A stretch of 63,808 nucleotides of DNA, filler included, from an uncultured Gemmatimonadota bacterium (lineage in GTDB: Bacteria > Blakebacterota > Blakebacteria > Blakebacterales > Blakebacteraceae), in assembly GCA_964576115.1 (NCBI GenBank). It is 3 parts of 3 records of this genome, joined end to end, with 100 filler letters (N's around TTAATTAATTAA, not from the genome) between each part and the next. Parts side by side here need not be neighbours in the genome. Positions count along the whole stretch, not along the records: positions 27,355 to 54,302 come from CAZNUA010000047.1; 2 more parts are not named here. One strand, given 5' to 3'. The notes under the pieces were generated by a model that did not search any database, was not told the origin of the DNA, and saw only the letters and a program-made list of their open reading frames with translations. The position numbers and the translations under genes were made by a program. Shown here piece by piece: positions 36,091 to 46,287 of the stretch. Position 1 is the stretch's first letter. The number at the start of each line of letters is the position of its first letter.

Positions 36091-37098
36091 TCACCCGCCT
36101 CTGAGTCTGTGCAGGCGGGCCCGGATCTCATCCGGCTCGGAGTGCGGGTTGTTCCTGAGCAGAGTTTCGTATTCCCGGATCGCGGCCGGGGTATCCTCGA
36201 TCCGCTCGTAGTACTCGGCCAGGGCCTGGCGGGCGTCGAACCAGTAGGGATCGATCTCGAGCGCCCGGCGGAAGGCCGCTGCGCTCTCTTCGTACCGCCT
36301 GACCCGGCGCAGGGCCCGACCCCACGACGTCTGTACCAGCGGATCGGCGGGGGCGGATTCGACCGCCCGCCGATAATACTCGACTGCCTGATCGTCATGC
36401 TCGTGATTGAAGGCGAAACGGCCCATTTCCATCAGGGTCAGGGTGTGATAGGGATCGTTCGCCAGAGCCTCGTTCCACGCTCCCAGGATTCTTTCGGTCG
36501 ATTTGTCTTCTTCGCGCGCCCTGACTCCGCGCAGGTAATAGCCATCGGCCGGACTCAGTTCGATCAACTCGTCGATCAGCTTGTCCGCCTTCCGTTTGTC
36601 TCCGCCCAGAAGGCGCGGGACCATGTAGTAAAACGCCGCCAGGATGGCCCGGCTCTCGACGTGCCGGGGATCGAGCTCGAGAGCCCGTTCGAGGTCCCGT
36701 TTCAACCGTCCGGCGGTGAAGAAGAGCGAGACGTTGCTGGCCGAACGTCCCCGTGTTTCGACCCAGCCCCTCAGCAGGGGAGCGGTCTCCCGTCCCAGAT
36801 CTATCGCCCTCCGGTACGCCTCGGCGGCGCCCTCGAAGTCCCAGCGGCCCTGCCGGGCCCGGCCGAGCAGTTCCCAGACCTCGGCGTCGTTCCGATCCCG
36901 GTTGATGAGCTCCCGCGCGGTTTCTTCGGCCTGTTCGTAGGCCCGGCTGTCGATCAGGCGGTAGAGTGCGGCTGTGTCCTGATCCTGTGTCGGGATCCGG
37001 GCTGTGGCACGGACCGGGCTGAGAGCCAGAACCACGATCAGCACGGGGGCGCAGAGATGCCCCGATGTCCGTCGCCGCCTGCGTTGATTCACCGGCAC
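36091..37098 (-). CDS. Exported tetratricopeptide-repeat protein
   Basis: Hydrophobic signal segment and multiple TPR-like units (LG.A...A...Y.RAI.L.P; ALE.DP). Start position uncertain. Confidence 0.75.
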   Translation of the reverse strand: MPVNQRRRRRTSGHLCAPVLIVVLALSPVRATARIPTQDQDTAALYRLIDSRAYEQAEETARELINRDRNDAEVWELLGRARQGRWDFEGAAEAYRRAIDLGRETAPLLRGWVETRGRSASNVSLFFTAGRLKRDLERALELDPRHVESRAILAAFYYMVPRLLGGDKRKADKLIDELIELSPADGYYLRGVRAREEDKSTERILGAWNEALANDPYHTLTLMEMGRFAFNHEHDDQAVEYYRRAVESAPADPLVQTSWGRALRRVRRYEESAAAFRRALEIDPYWFDARQALAEYYERIEDTPAAIREYETLLRNNPHSEPDEIRARLHRLRGG

Positions 37099-37269
37099 GT
37101 CCTCTCTGCATGAGCAGGGAACTCGCGCGGGGTCGACACGTTCATATCGGTGCCCGTATAGTGAAACGGACCGACTCTCCCGAGCGTTCCCGGACTGCGG
37201 TTCCCCGGTTGCTCTCCGGGACTGCGAAGGCTACCGGGACGCCTGCCGAGAGTCAACCGGAAGGACCCG

Positions 37270-38361
37270 ATGAGCGACTGGCAGCGACGCATACGCGAAC
37301 CCCGGATCTGGTTCCTCGCCCTGCTTGGGCTCGGCTCCCTCATCCTTCTGCTCTGGTTCTCCCGGGCTCTGGTACCGCTCTTCGGTGCCATGGTGGTCGG
37401 TTATCTGCTCGATCCGCTGGTCGTCGGACTCGAGAAGCGCAAGGTGCCTCACCTGCTGGCCATCGTTCTCGTCATGCTGGGCAGTATTCTTCTGGTCGGA
37501 CTCATTCTCTTTGCCATCATCCCCACCCTGGTGGAGCAGATCAACGCTCTGGCCAACGAGGTGCCCGACCTCATCGCCCAGGCCGAGCAGTGGGTCGCCG
37601 ATCTGCAGACCCGCATGCCCGAGGCATTCTCGGGCGCGCCGCTGCAGCGGTTCCTCGAACGACTCTCGGTCACCCTCGAGAATCTGCTCGGCAATCTCAT
37701 CACCTGGTTGCTGGCTCTGGCGGGAGGGACGCTCGAAGGGGTGGTGTACGCCATCATCATTGCCTTTATCGTCTTTTTCCTGCTCAAGGACAAAGACGAG
37801 ATCTGGGCCTATATCGTCAAGACTCTGCCCTTCCTGAAAGATCGCACGGTACAGGATGTGCTGGCCGATATCGACCGTCACATGGGCATGTTCCTCAAGG
37901 GCAAGTTCATCGTCGTCTTCCTTCTCTTCCTCTCGTCCACCCTGGTCTTCTGGCTCATCCGGCTCGATTTCTTCCTTCTGCTCGGGATCCTCACCGGTCT
38001 CTCCACGCTGGTGCCGTGGGTGGGAGCGTTCGTGGTCGGGATCGTGGTGGTAGCGGTCGGACTGCTGCAGTGGGGCCTGGGTGGTGCCCTCTGGACGCTT
38101 TGTGTATATCTGGTGGTTCAGATCGTAGACGCAAACCTCATGACACCCGTCATTATCGGCAGGGAGACGCACATCCACCCGATCGGGATCGTTGCTGCGA
38201 TCCTGATCTGCGGAAGCCTCTGGGGCTTCTGGGGCGTCGTCTTCGCGGTCCCGGCCGCCGTGGTGGTCAAGAGCATGATGGAAGTGCTCTACTTTCCCTC
38301 CCTGGCCCGGGCTGACAGCGGGAGCGGATCCGACCAGGAATCGAAGCGGGATAGCGGATGA
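37270..38361 (+). CDS. AI-2E family transporter
   Basis: YLLDPLV..LE, P.L.EQ, FF.LKD, VPWVGA, Q..D.NL..P.I.G....IHP, G.LWG.WG...AVP. Confidence 0.9.
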   Translation: MSDWQRRIREPRIWFLALLGLGSLILLLWFSRALVPLFGAMVVGYLLDPLVVGLEKRKVPHLLAIVLVMLGSILLVGLILFAIIPTLVEQINALANEVPDLIAQAEQWVADLQTRMPEAFSGAPLQRFLERLSVTLENLLGNLITWLLALAGGTLEGVVYAIIIAFIVFFLLKDKDEIWAYIVKTLPFLKDRTVQDVLADIDRHMGMFLKGKFIVVFLLFLSSTLVFWLIRLDFFLLLGILTGLSTLVPWVGAFVVGIVVVAVGLLQWGLGGALWTLCVYLVVQIVDANLMTPVIIGRETHIHPIGIVAAILICGSLWGFWGVVFAVPAAVVVKSMMEVLYFPSLARADSGSGSDQESKRDSG

Positions 38362-39068
38362 AATCGAGCCCATTCACAGACTTTCGCGGCCTGCGAGCAA
38401 TCGCCCGGTTCCCGGCGGCCCGGCCGCTTCCCTGTTTCCCGCTGCTTTTCTTTCTCCTTCTCCTCTTCGGCCACGTTCCCCTGGACGCCCGGGCGCAGAT
38501 GCCGGTCCGCGGGCCGGCTCCCTTCGCCGCCACGGTCGGTAACGCCTGGATCCTGCCGGGTGGAAACCTGGCCCTGAAGGATGCTGATGACGGTCGCTAT
38601 GCCACCGCCGGCACAGCCTTCGTACAGCGTCTGATGTGGGCGCCGGGGCGCATCTGGGGGCTGATCCTGCAGGCTGCTTTCCCGACCTTCGGGGTGGATG
38701 CCGAAGCGGTTCAGGCCGATTACGGTTCATCACCGCCCATTGTCGACGGCGCCAACACGATCTCATCCTGGTCGCTGGGGCTCCGTCTGCGGGGAGGGCG
38801 GTCATGGCGGCGCGGACCTTACGCAGAAGCGGCTCTGGAACGGAATCGGGCCAGTCTCGAGGTCCGCCAGGAGGGCGAGTCGGCGGATTCGATCACGTTC
38901 GACTGGGAAACCGGCTGGATGGTCGGAGCCGGCTGGGTTCTGCCGGTCGGGCCGACGTTTTCAATCGATGGCGCCCTGGCCCTGCACCGCTACACCGAAG
39001 ATTACTTCATCACCCGCTGGACCGCTTTCCGGATCATGGCGGTATTCACCTTTGGAGGTTCCCGTTGA
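38358..39068 (+). CDS. Putative outer-membrane beta-barrel protein
   Basis: Signal peptide (..ARA/Q), alternating hydrophobic strands, aromatic residue near the C-terminus. Confidence 0.55.
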   Translation: MKSSPFTDFRGLRAIARFPAARPLPCFPLLFFLLLLFGHVPLDARAQMPVRGPAPFAATVGNAWILPGGNLALKDADDGRYATAGTAFVQRLMWAPGRIWGLILQAAFPTFGVDAEAVQADYGSSPPIVDGANTISSWSLGLRLRGGRSWRRGPYAEAALERNRASLEVRQEGESADSITFDWETGWMVGAGWVLPVGPTFSIDGALALHRYTEDYFITRWTAFRIMAVFTFGGSR

Positions 39069-39808
39069 CGGTATCACATCAGTCTCTGTCTCACTGCCCC
39101 CGAAGACCCCGGCGGATCGGCCTTGGTACCGCCGGTCTCATCGGGGTGCTCCTGCTCGGAGCCGCTCCACAGGCCGGGGCTCAGAACGTCCGGATCCTGG
39201 CGCCCGAGAATGAAACTCTCGAACGCTCGGCGGTCTTTCAGCTCGGGTTCGGTGTCACCATTCCCCTGGCGCACCTGAGTGCGACCGACGACGCCATGGT
39301 CATGAACGCCAGCGGGGACATTACCCATATCGGCGACGGGTACGCCCGGTCGGGAACGAATCTCTGTCTACGGGTGTACATTCCCCTGACGAAGAAGATC
39401 GATCTGGCCGCCGATCTTACCCTGCCCCGGTTCAAGCTCGATCAGACCGAGTTCAGACGGGATTCCAGCATTCACATCACCAATCCCGACTACTACGGCC
39501 GGGCGCTCGGGCTGGGCGCGCGCTATATCGCCCTGAACCGGAACTGGGGTCGGGCTTTCCTGCTCGCAACCGGCGGGATGTACCAGCTCAACCTGGAGCG
39601 CTTTCTCAGCGGTCCCGAGGTGAAGACCCTTGGTGCCTACCATCCTGGAGCCTCGATCGGCGCCGGGGTGGAATACACGGTCTGGCTGCTGGCCACCGAC
39701 TTTACCCTGCGCTACCATCGGTATACCGATTACGACCATTTCGGTGCCGGTGATCTGGCCTGGCTCGAGATAAGTCTGCAGGTGAGTTTCGATCTGGACG
39801 GGAAGTAG
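39065..39808 (+). CDS. Putative outer-membrane beta-barrel protein
   Basis: TTG start overlapping the previous stop; signal peptide ..AGA/Q; strands LGLGARY, GASIGAGVEY, ISLQVSF. Confidence 0.6.
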   Translation: MTVSHQSLSHCPRRPRRIGLGTAGLIGVLLLGAAPQAGAQNVRILAPENETLERSAVFQLGFGVTIPLAHLSATDDAMVMNASGDITHIGDGYARSGTNLCLRVYIPLTKKIDLAADLTLPRFKLDQTEFRRDSSIHITNPDYYGRALGLGARYIALNRNWGRAFLLATGGMYQLNLERFLSGPEVKTLGAYHPGASIGAGVEYTVWLLATDFTLRYHRYTDYDHFGAGDLAWLEISLQVSFDLDGK

Positions 39809-39905
39809 CGAGGTGCAGACCCGGGAGGTGAGGCGCACGACTGCTCCGCCCGGTGAGGGCGGAGGGTGCAAGGCGATTCGGTTACAGGGGTCGTGAACCG
39901 GGGTG

Positions 39906-40094
39906 TCAGACCTTCTGAACCCGACCTGACTTGAGGCACGAGGAACACACACGGATATAGCGGATGCGTCCGTCGACCCGCGCCCGGACCCGATGCAGGT
40001 TGGGCAGAAAGCGTCGTTTGGTCACATTGTGAGCATGTGATACATTCGCCCCCACCCGGGGTCCCTTGCCGCATATCTCACACCGGCGTGCCAT
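39906..40094 (-). CDS. rpmB: 50S ribosomal protein L28 (zinc-ribbon, C+ form)
   Basis: [28 protein letters not shown]...VCSSCLKSG. Confidence 0.96.
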   Translation of the reverse strand: MARRCEICGKGPRVGANVSHAHNVTKRRFLPNLHRVRARVDGRIRYIRVCSSCLKSGRVQKV

Positions 40095-40253
40095 CTGGTA
40101 TACTCCTGGGTACCTGAGCGGGGTGTCGCACCCCGTTGCCAGATTTGCCTTCAGTTCGGATCGGCCGAAGGTTACGAACTGTTCAAAATAGGGACGGCCG
40201 GCCGGGGCGGCAAGATCTTCCGCCTCCAACCGGTCCTTGCAAAGGAGAGCCGT

Positions 40254-40850
40254 ATGAGCCGTCGCCTCGTCTCCGCAGCCGCTGTCATCGCCCTTGTTCT
40301 CTGTACCGCCGTTCCGGTCCGAGCCCAGACCGGATTCGGTGTTCGCGCCGCCAGTCTCTCGGTTACCGGGGATCATGTCGAGATGGATCCGACCACGGCT
40401 TTCGGTGCCCATGTCGCCCTCGGGTTCGTTCCCTTTCTGAAGCTGCAGCTGGGAGCGGAGTACCTGAGCGGAACAGCCACCTACGGCTACACTCCCGCTA
40501 TCCCCGGGAGCGACATCGAGGCTGATTTCACGAACATCGGAGTCTTTCTCGACGTGCGAAAACCGTTCGGTTTGATACCGCTCTTCCCGATCAAACTGGT
40601 CCTCGGCGGGGGCCTGAATTACAATCTGATGAGCTATGTCGATGAGGAGATGTTCAACGATCCTCCTGTCGGCGGTTTCAGCCCCGAAGACTTCTCGCAC
40701 GTCGGCTGGCACGCCATGGGCGGTCTGCTCTTCGATCCCCCCGTGCTCCCCTTTACGATCACGGCCGAATACCGGCTGCAGAGCATCAAGCTGACCGACG
40801 AAACCGTCACCAGCAAGGGTTTCGTCATCGGTCTGACCTTCGGATTCTGA
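40254..40850 (+). CDS. Small outer-membrane beta-barrel protein
   Basis: Signal peptide VRA/Q, amphipathic strands, C-terminal GLTFGF. SD AAGGAG. Confidence 0.75.
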   Translation: MSRRLVSAAAVIALVLCTAVPVRAQTGFGVRAASLSVTGDHVEMDPTTAFGAHVALGFVPFLKLQLGAEYLSGTATYGYTPAIPGSDIEADFTNIGVFLDVRKPFGLIPLFPIKLVLGGGLNYNLMSYVDEEMFNDPPVGGFSPEDFSHVGWHAMGGLLFDPPVLPFTITAEYRLQSIKLTDETVTSKGFVIGLTFGF

Positions 40851-40878
40851 CGGGAGCGGCAGGGGGAACCGCATTCAC

Positions 40879-43014
40879 ATGACCGAGCGGCTGGTCTCGT
40901 CCGTGCAGTATCTGCGCGGAGTCGGGCCCGCCCGGGCCCGGGCTCTCGAAAAAAGCGGTATCCGGAGCGTAGAGGATCTCCTCCTCTACGCTCCGCGTCG
41001 TTATGTGGACCGGCGCCAGTGCCGACGACTCGATACCCTGCAGGAAGGACAGACCGCCACCGTTCTCGCCGAAGTGCTCACCGCTCATGTCACCCGGGGA
41101 CGACGGTCCCGGTTCGTGGCCCGGATCAGCGACGGCACGGGAGCGGCTTCGTGCGTCTGGTTCCGGGCCATACCCTACGTCAGGGGGGCCCTGCGGGCCG
41201 GCGATCTGGTCGTTCTTTCCGGCAAGGTCGGCAGCTGGCGGGGCGAATTGCAATTCGCGCACCCCGAGTTCGAGACGGTCGGCTCGGCCGACGACCGGGA
41301 GGGAGATGAGGAACTACTCGAAGAAACCCTGCATGCCGGCCGGCTGATTCCCATCTATCCCCTGACCGCCGATCTGCGTTCGGTCGGTCTGGCCAGCCGC
41401 GGACTGAGGCGCATTGTACGTACGGCTCTGGACTCTGTCGGCACCGATCTCAAAGAAACCCTCACCCCCGAACAGCTCGAGCGGCACGCCCTGCCCGGTA
41501 TCCGCGAGGCCTTCGAACAGCTCCACTTCCCCGCCGATCCCGGCCACGCCGCCGCCGCCCATGCCCGCCTGGCCTATGAGGAATTTTTCTACATGCAGCT
41601 CCTGCTCGCCGATCGCAGCCGCGCGGTGAAGCAGCGGCGGGGACATGCCTTCCGGACCTGGGGACCGCTGGTGCGCGCCTATCTCGAGGGCCTGGGTTTT
41701 GTGCTGACCGGCGCCCAACAGCGGGTGCTGGCGGAGGTCTTCGAAGACATGGGGCGGGCCCGTCCGATGAACCGGCTGCTGCAGGGCGATGTGGGCAGCG
41801 GCAAGACGGTCATCGCCGCCGCGGTCATGCTCACGGCGGTCCAAAGCGGTATGCAGGCGGCCCTGATGGCGCCGACCGAGATTCTCGCCGAGCAGCACGC
41901 CGGATATCTGCGGGAGCAGTTCGCCCGGCTCGACGTGCCGGTTCACCTGCTGAGTTCGCGGCTGGGTTCGGGCGAGAGGAAGATCCTCCTGCAGGCCCTG
42001 GCCGGAGATCGCCCTCTGATCGTGATCGGCACCCACGCTCTGATCCAGGCCGATGTAGACTTTGCGCGTCTCGGGGCGGTCGTTGTCGACGAACAGCACC
42101 GGTTCGGTGTCCTGCAGCGGGGAGCTCTGCAGGCCAAGGGTGTCGATCCCGACGTTCTCGTCATGACCGCCACACCGATCCCCCGAACCCTGGCCATGAC
42201 TCTGTACGGCGACCTGGAGACCAGCGTTATTGATGAAATGCCCCCGGGACGCCGGCCGGTTGCAACGCACCGCGTGTCACTGAGCCGGAAGGAAGAGGTC
42301 ATCGGGCGGGTCCGGAAGGTTCTTGATTCCGGAGCTCAGGTCTACTGGGTTTTCCCCCTGGTAGAGGAAACCGAAAAGAGCGATCTGGCGGCTGCGGTCG
42401 AATCGTACGAACGGTTGAGCGGCGGGCCGCTCGCCGATCACCGTCTCGGTCTGGTTCACGGACGGCTCGGTTCGGAAGAAAAGGAACGCACGATGTCCCT
42501 CTTCCGACGGGGAGAGATCGACCTGCTGGTCGCCACGACCGTGATCGAGGTCGGGGTCGACGTCCCCGGAGCGACGATGATCCTCATTGATCATGCCGAG
42601 CGTTTCGGGCTTTCCCAGCTCCATCAACTCCGCGGCCGGGTGGGACGGGGCGGGGGCGATTCGACCTGCATTCTTCTCACCGGTTCGAATCTCACCCCCG
42701 AGGCCGAAAGTCGCCTGAAGGCCATGGTCGAGACCACCGACGGGTTCGCGATCGCCGAAGCCGATCTGGAAATTCGCGGCCCCGGCGAGTTCTTCGGCAC
42801 CCGCCAGCACGGCCTGCCCTCCCTGCGGATCGCCAATCTCATTACCGACAGCCGTCTTCTGGCGGCCGCCCGGACCGATGCCTTCGCCGCCCTGGGACTC
42901 GGTGAGGATGACGCGCGCGACCGGCTTGGTGCCGATCCCGATCGACTTGCACTGTGGCGCGATGCGATCGCCAGGCGGCTGGGCGAGCGCATCGTTCTGG
43001 CCGATATCGCCTGA
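40879..43014 (+). CDS. recG: ATP-dependent DNA helicase RecG
   Basis: GVGP.RA, MNRLLQGDVGSGKT, DEQHRFG, MTATPIPRTL, QLHQLRGRVGRG, RGPGEFFGTRQHG. Confidence 0.97.
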   Translation: MTERLVSSVQYLRGVGPARARALEKSGIRSVEDLLLYAPRRYVDRRQCRRLDTLQEGQTATVLAEVLTAHVTRGRRSRFVARISDGTGAASCVWFRAIPYVRGALRAGDLVVLSGKVGSWRGELQFAHPEFETVGSADDREGDEELLEETLHAGRLIPIYPLTADLRSVGLASRGLRRIVRTALDSVGTDLKETLTPEQLERHALPGIREAFEQLHFPADPGHAAAAHARLAYEEFFYMQLLLADRSRAVKQRRGHAFRTWGPLVRAYLEGLGFVLTGAQQRVLAEVFEDMGRARPMNRLLQGDVGSGKTVIAAAVMLTAVQSGMQAALMAPTEILAEQHAGYLREQFARLDVPVHLLSSRLGSGERKILLQALAGDRPLIVIGTHALIQADVDFARLGAVVVDEQHRFGVLQRGALQAKGVDPDVLVMTATPIPRTLAMTLYGDLETSVIDEMPPGRRPVATHRVSLSRKEEVIGRVRKVLDSGAQVYWVFPLVEETEKSDLAAAVESYERLSGGPLADHRLGLVHGRLGSEEKERTMSLFRRGEIDLLVATTVIEVGVDVPGATMILIDHAERFGLSQLHQLRGRVGRGGGDSTCILLTGSNLTPEAESRLKAMVETTDGFAIAEADLEIRGPGEFFGTRQHGLPSLRIANLITDSRLLAAARTDAFAALGLGEDDARDRLGADPDRLALWRDAIARRLGERIVLADIA

Positions 43015-43025
43015 AGGGGCCGGGG

Positions 43026-43787
43026 ATGACCGACCGAACGGAATCCGACGACCACATTTGGGGGATCAACACCGTTGCTGCCATGCTCGATTCCTCCCCC
43101 GACCGGATTCACAAGCTCTACCTCCTGCGCGGACGTCGAAATCCCCGTCTGCAGCACCTCTATGCCCGCGCCCGTGAGGCGGGAGTGCCGATCTCGCCGG
43201 TTCCCCGCGACGCCCTGGACCGTCTCGCCGACGGTCCTCACCAGGGAGTCGTCGCTGCGGTCGGTGCCGTGGTTGGCAGCGACTGGCACAGGGCCGTCGA
43301 AGCGGCCTTCGAACGCAACGAGACACCCCTGCTCGTCGTTCTCGACCATCTGCACGACCCGCACAACCTGGGTGCGATCGCCCGTAGTGCGGCGGCTTTC
43401 GGGGCGCACTCCCTCGTGGTGCCCCGTCACCGTTCCGCAGTCCCCGGGGGCGCTGCGGCCAAGGCGGCCGCTGGAGCCCTCGCCACCCTGCCGATCGCCC
43501 GGGTCCCCAACCTGGCTCGCTCTCTGGAGGCTATGAAGCAGAGCGGTCTCTGGATCGTCGGTACCGCCGTCGAAGCGGGCACCTTGCCGTGGCAGATCGA
43601 TCTCACCGTCCCCCTCGCCCTGGTGATCGGAAGCGAACAGAAAGGACTGCGGCCGATAACGACCGCCGCCTGTGACCTGTGCGTTACCGTACCGCTGAAG
43701 GGAATGATGGAAAGCCTCAACGCCTCGGTGGCGGCCGGCATCATGCTCTACGAAATCATTCGGCAGAGGCGGAGCGCAGCGATCTGA
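43026..43787 (+). CDS. rlmB: 23S rRNA (Gm2251) methyltransferase RlmB
   Basis: HQGVVA, LD...DPHNLGAI.RSA, IGSE.KGLR, ESLNASVAAG. Confidence 0.9.
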   Translation: MTDRTESDDHIWGINTVAAMLDSSPDRIHKLYLLRGRRNPRLQHLYARAREAGVPISPVPRDALDRLADGPHQGVVAAVGAVVGSDWHRAVEAAFERNETPLLVVLDHLHDPHNLGAIARSAAAFGAHSLVVPRHRSAVPGGAAAKAAAGALATLPIARVPNLARSLEAMKQSGLWIVGTAVEAGTLPWQIDLTVPLALVIGSEQKGLRPITTAACDLCVTVPLKGMMESLNASVAAGIMLYEIIRQRRSAAI

Positions 43788-43927
43788 ACCGGTCCCGGTC
43801 AGGGTGCAGAAACAACTTGTCGCACCCCTTCGATCTCGGTCATCATCGCAGGGAATGTACGCCCGTTCCGGTCCCGCACGATCCGGGCGCACAGCCTGAT
43901 GTAACTCTGATGGAGGAGTGCTAACGT

Positions 43928-44152
43928 ATGCCTCTGGGTACGGTGAAATGGTTCAATAACCAGAAGGGCTATGGATTTATCAGCCAGACCGAAGGGCCCG
44001 ATGTCTTTGCTCACTACACCGCCATCGCCGGTGAAGGATTCCGGACCCTGAAGGAAGGTGAAGAGGTGGAGTTCGAGATTACCGAAGGGCCGAAGGGGCC
44101 CCAGGCGGCGAACATCGTCCGCAGGGGGCTCAAGAACGTCCCGAACTCATAG
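43928..44152 (+). CDS. Cold-shock domain protein
   Basis: [45 protein letters not shown]. Confidence 0.96.
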   Translation: MPLGTVKWFNNQKGYGFISQTEGPDVFAHYTAIAGEGFRTLKEGEEVEFEITEGPKGPQAANIVRRGLKNVPNS

Positions 44153-44247
44153 CACACCGGGGTGGTCATCCGCGGGTGGCGGTCGGCACCTGCATCAAGG
44201 GCGCCACTCTGCAGATCCCGCCTGCGCGGGGATGAAAGACGGTCGGC

Positions 44248-44781
44248 ATGCGCAGTGTATCGGTCTGCTCTCTCTCCCGGTCTGTATTCGCGGGTCTGAT
44301 TCTGCTGCTCATCTCCGCCTGTGCCGGCCGGCAGGAGACCGGTACTCCCCCCGGTCTGGACGGCAACGAAATGTACGGGCAGTCGGATATGGAATGGGTG
44401 CTGGAGAATATCTCCATTTTCGCCACCCGCACCGATCTGATCCGGCCCGATCGGGCTACCGTCCGCTTCCTGCACGGGGTTCGCGAACCGGTCAGGATCA
44501 CGATCTTCATGGGCTCCTGGTCGGTCGTGGCCCAGATCCACGTTCCGGAACTCTTCGCGGCTCTTCGGGCTGCGGATAATCGCCGCCTTGCGGTGCGGGT
44601 CGTCGGCCTCGACCGGCGACTGAGGGATCGGGACGGGCTCGCTCTCGAATACGGCATCGACACCTCGCTGACCATTGTGATCGAGAACCGGGGCCTTGAA
44701 CTGGGACGGATAATCGAGGTACCCGCCAGCGATGCCGCCGGGGATGTGGTCGCGATATTGCGATCCACTCTCAACAGGTGA
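44248..44781 (+). CDS. Thioredoxin-like lipoprotein lacking the active-site Cys
   Basis: Lipobox LISAC; ITIFMGSWSVVAQIHVP, VVGLDR, ELGRIIE.P. Confidence 0.65.
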   Translation: MRSVSVCSLSRSVFAGLILLLISACAGRQETGTPPGLDGNEMYGQSDMEWVLENISIFATRTDLIRPDRATVRFLHGVREPVRITIFMGSWSVVAQIHVPELFAALRAADNRRLAVRVVGLDRRLRDRDGLALEYGIDTSLTIVIENRGLELGRIIEVPASDAAGDVVAILRSTLNR

Positions 44782-44807
44782 TTCTCTAGAGGGGAAATTC
44801 GCCTCAG

Positions 44808-44849
44808 CGCAATATCACATTGCGACCGCTCCATCAAGCTCACTAATAT
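44808..44849 (+). promoter_or_regulatory. Putative promoter and palindrome before the peptidoglycan operon
   Basis: CGCAAT-ATCAC-ATTGCG overlapping TTGCGA-18 bp-TAATAT. Confidence 0.45.
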
Positions 44850-44892
44850 TATAGGCCGTACCTAATCCGAGTCAGGACAAGAAGTTGCAGGA

Positions 44893-46263
44893 ATGTTCAG
44901 TTCACTGATTCTCATCGGATTGCTGACCGTCCCCCAGGGACCGGGAGGGACGAACGGAAACGGCATGGGTCCCGGTTTGAACGGCCGTACGCCCTCGTCG
45001 GTTCTACGCCTGCCCGAAGGCAGTCATGCCATCGTGGTCGAGAAGGCCACGCAGAGCCTGGCCCTGTTCGGCGGTTCCCCCACGGGCAATCCCGTTCTGC
45101 TCCACGTTCTGCGGACCAATACCGGTGAGCGGGATGGAGACAAGGAAGTCGAAGGGGATCTGCGGACTCCCGAGGGAATCTATTTCTTCAACGGTGTGAT
45201 CCCCGGTTCGGCTCTGCCGGCCGAGTACGGTGTGCGGGCTTACACGACCGATTTCCCCAATGTCTTCGATACCCTGCAGGGAAAAGACGGGAGCAATATC
45301 TGGCTGCACGCCACCGATGATCCGACCCGGGTGGAGGGCGGTCGAAATACCCGGGGATGTGTGGTCGTGACCAATGAAAGTCTCGAACTGCTCGCCGATA
45401 CCATCCAGATGGCACCCGGTGCCGGAGCAACCCCCCTGATCATCGAGGAGCATTTCAACCTGCTCGAACCGCAGCAACTTACCGCCACCACCGCCGGTGT
45501 CGTCCAGCTCGTCAGTGACTGGGAAAAAGCCTGGGAGTCGCGGGACACCGATCGCTACATGAGTTACTACGATCAATCCTTCATCGGTAACGGGCGCGAT
45601 TTCGCCGCTCACCGGGCCTACAAAGACCGGCTCAACCGGCAGTACCATTTCATCGACATCGAGATCGACCAGCTCCACCTTTTCGCCCACGACGATGAAC
45701 TGGTGGCGACCTTCGATCAGACCTATACCTCCGACCGTTATCGGGCCGAATCCACCAAGAAGCTCTATTTCCGCCAGCGGGAAGAGGGTTGGAAGATCGT
45801 CCGCGAGACCGGCTATATCACCCGGGCCGGTGCCGTGACGACGCCGCTCCCCGCTCCGGCCGAACCTCCTGCTCAGGCCCCGGCAGCTGCACCCGACGTG
45901 CCTCCCGAGGCAGCTGAATCCGACCTGACTACGGTCAGGACTCTGGTGACGGCCTGGGCCCGGGCCTGGGAATCCCGCGATATCGACCGGTACATGGCCT
46001 TCTATGCATCCGCCTTCACCGGTGCCGGTCGCGATCGAGCCGGACACCGGGCCCACAAGGCCCGTCTGGCCCGCACCTATGAATGGATCGAGATCGACAT
46101 CAGCGATCTGGAGGTCAGCGCCGACGGCGAGCGGGTCGTGGCCGCTTTCCACCAGCGGTATATCTCCGACGTGTATTCCGATCAGAGCAGCAAGCGCCTC
46201 GTCTTCGTTCGGGAAGAAGGAGAATGGAAGATCATCAGTGAAGAGGTGGCGGGGGGATTCTGA
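44893..46263 (+). CDS. L,D-transpeptidase/carboxypeptidase (YkuD) with two C-terminal NTF2-like domains (Csd6/Pgp2-like)
   Basis: K..EGD.RTPEGIY, IWLHAT...TRGCVV, and two copies of W..AWESRD.DRYM..Y...F...WKI..E. Confidence 0.88.
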   Translation: MFSSLILIGLLTVPQGPGGTNGNGMGPGLNGRTPSSVLRLPEGSHAIVVEKATQSLALFGGSPTGNPVLLHVLRTNTGERDGDKEVEGDLRTPEGIYFFNGVIPGSALPAEYGVRAYTTDFPNVFDTLQGKDGSNIWLHATDDPTRVEGGRNTRGCVVVTNESLELLADTIQMAPGAGATPLIIEEHFNLLEPQQLTATTAGVVQLVSDWEKAWESRDTDRYMSYYDQSFIGNGRDFAAHRAYKDRLNRQYHFIDIEIDQLHLFAHDDELVATFDQTYTSDRYRAESTKKLYFRQREEGWKIVRETGYITRAGAVTTPLPAPAEPPAQAPAAAPDVPPEAAESDLTTVRTLVTAWARAWESRDIDRYMAFYASAFTGAGRDRAGHRAHKARLARTYEWIEIDISDLEVSADGERVVAAFHQRYISDVYSDQSSKRLVFVREEGEWKIISEEVAGGF

Positions 46264-46287
46264 GATCCCCCTCGCCTGGAGGCGAGC

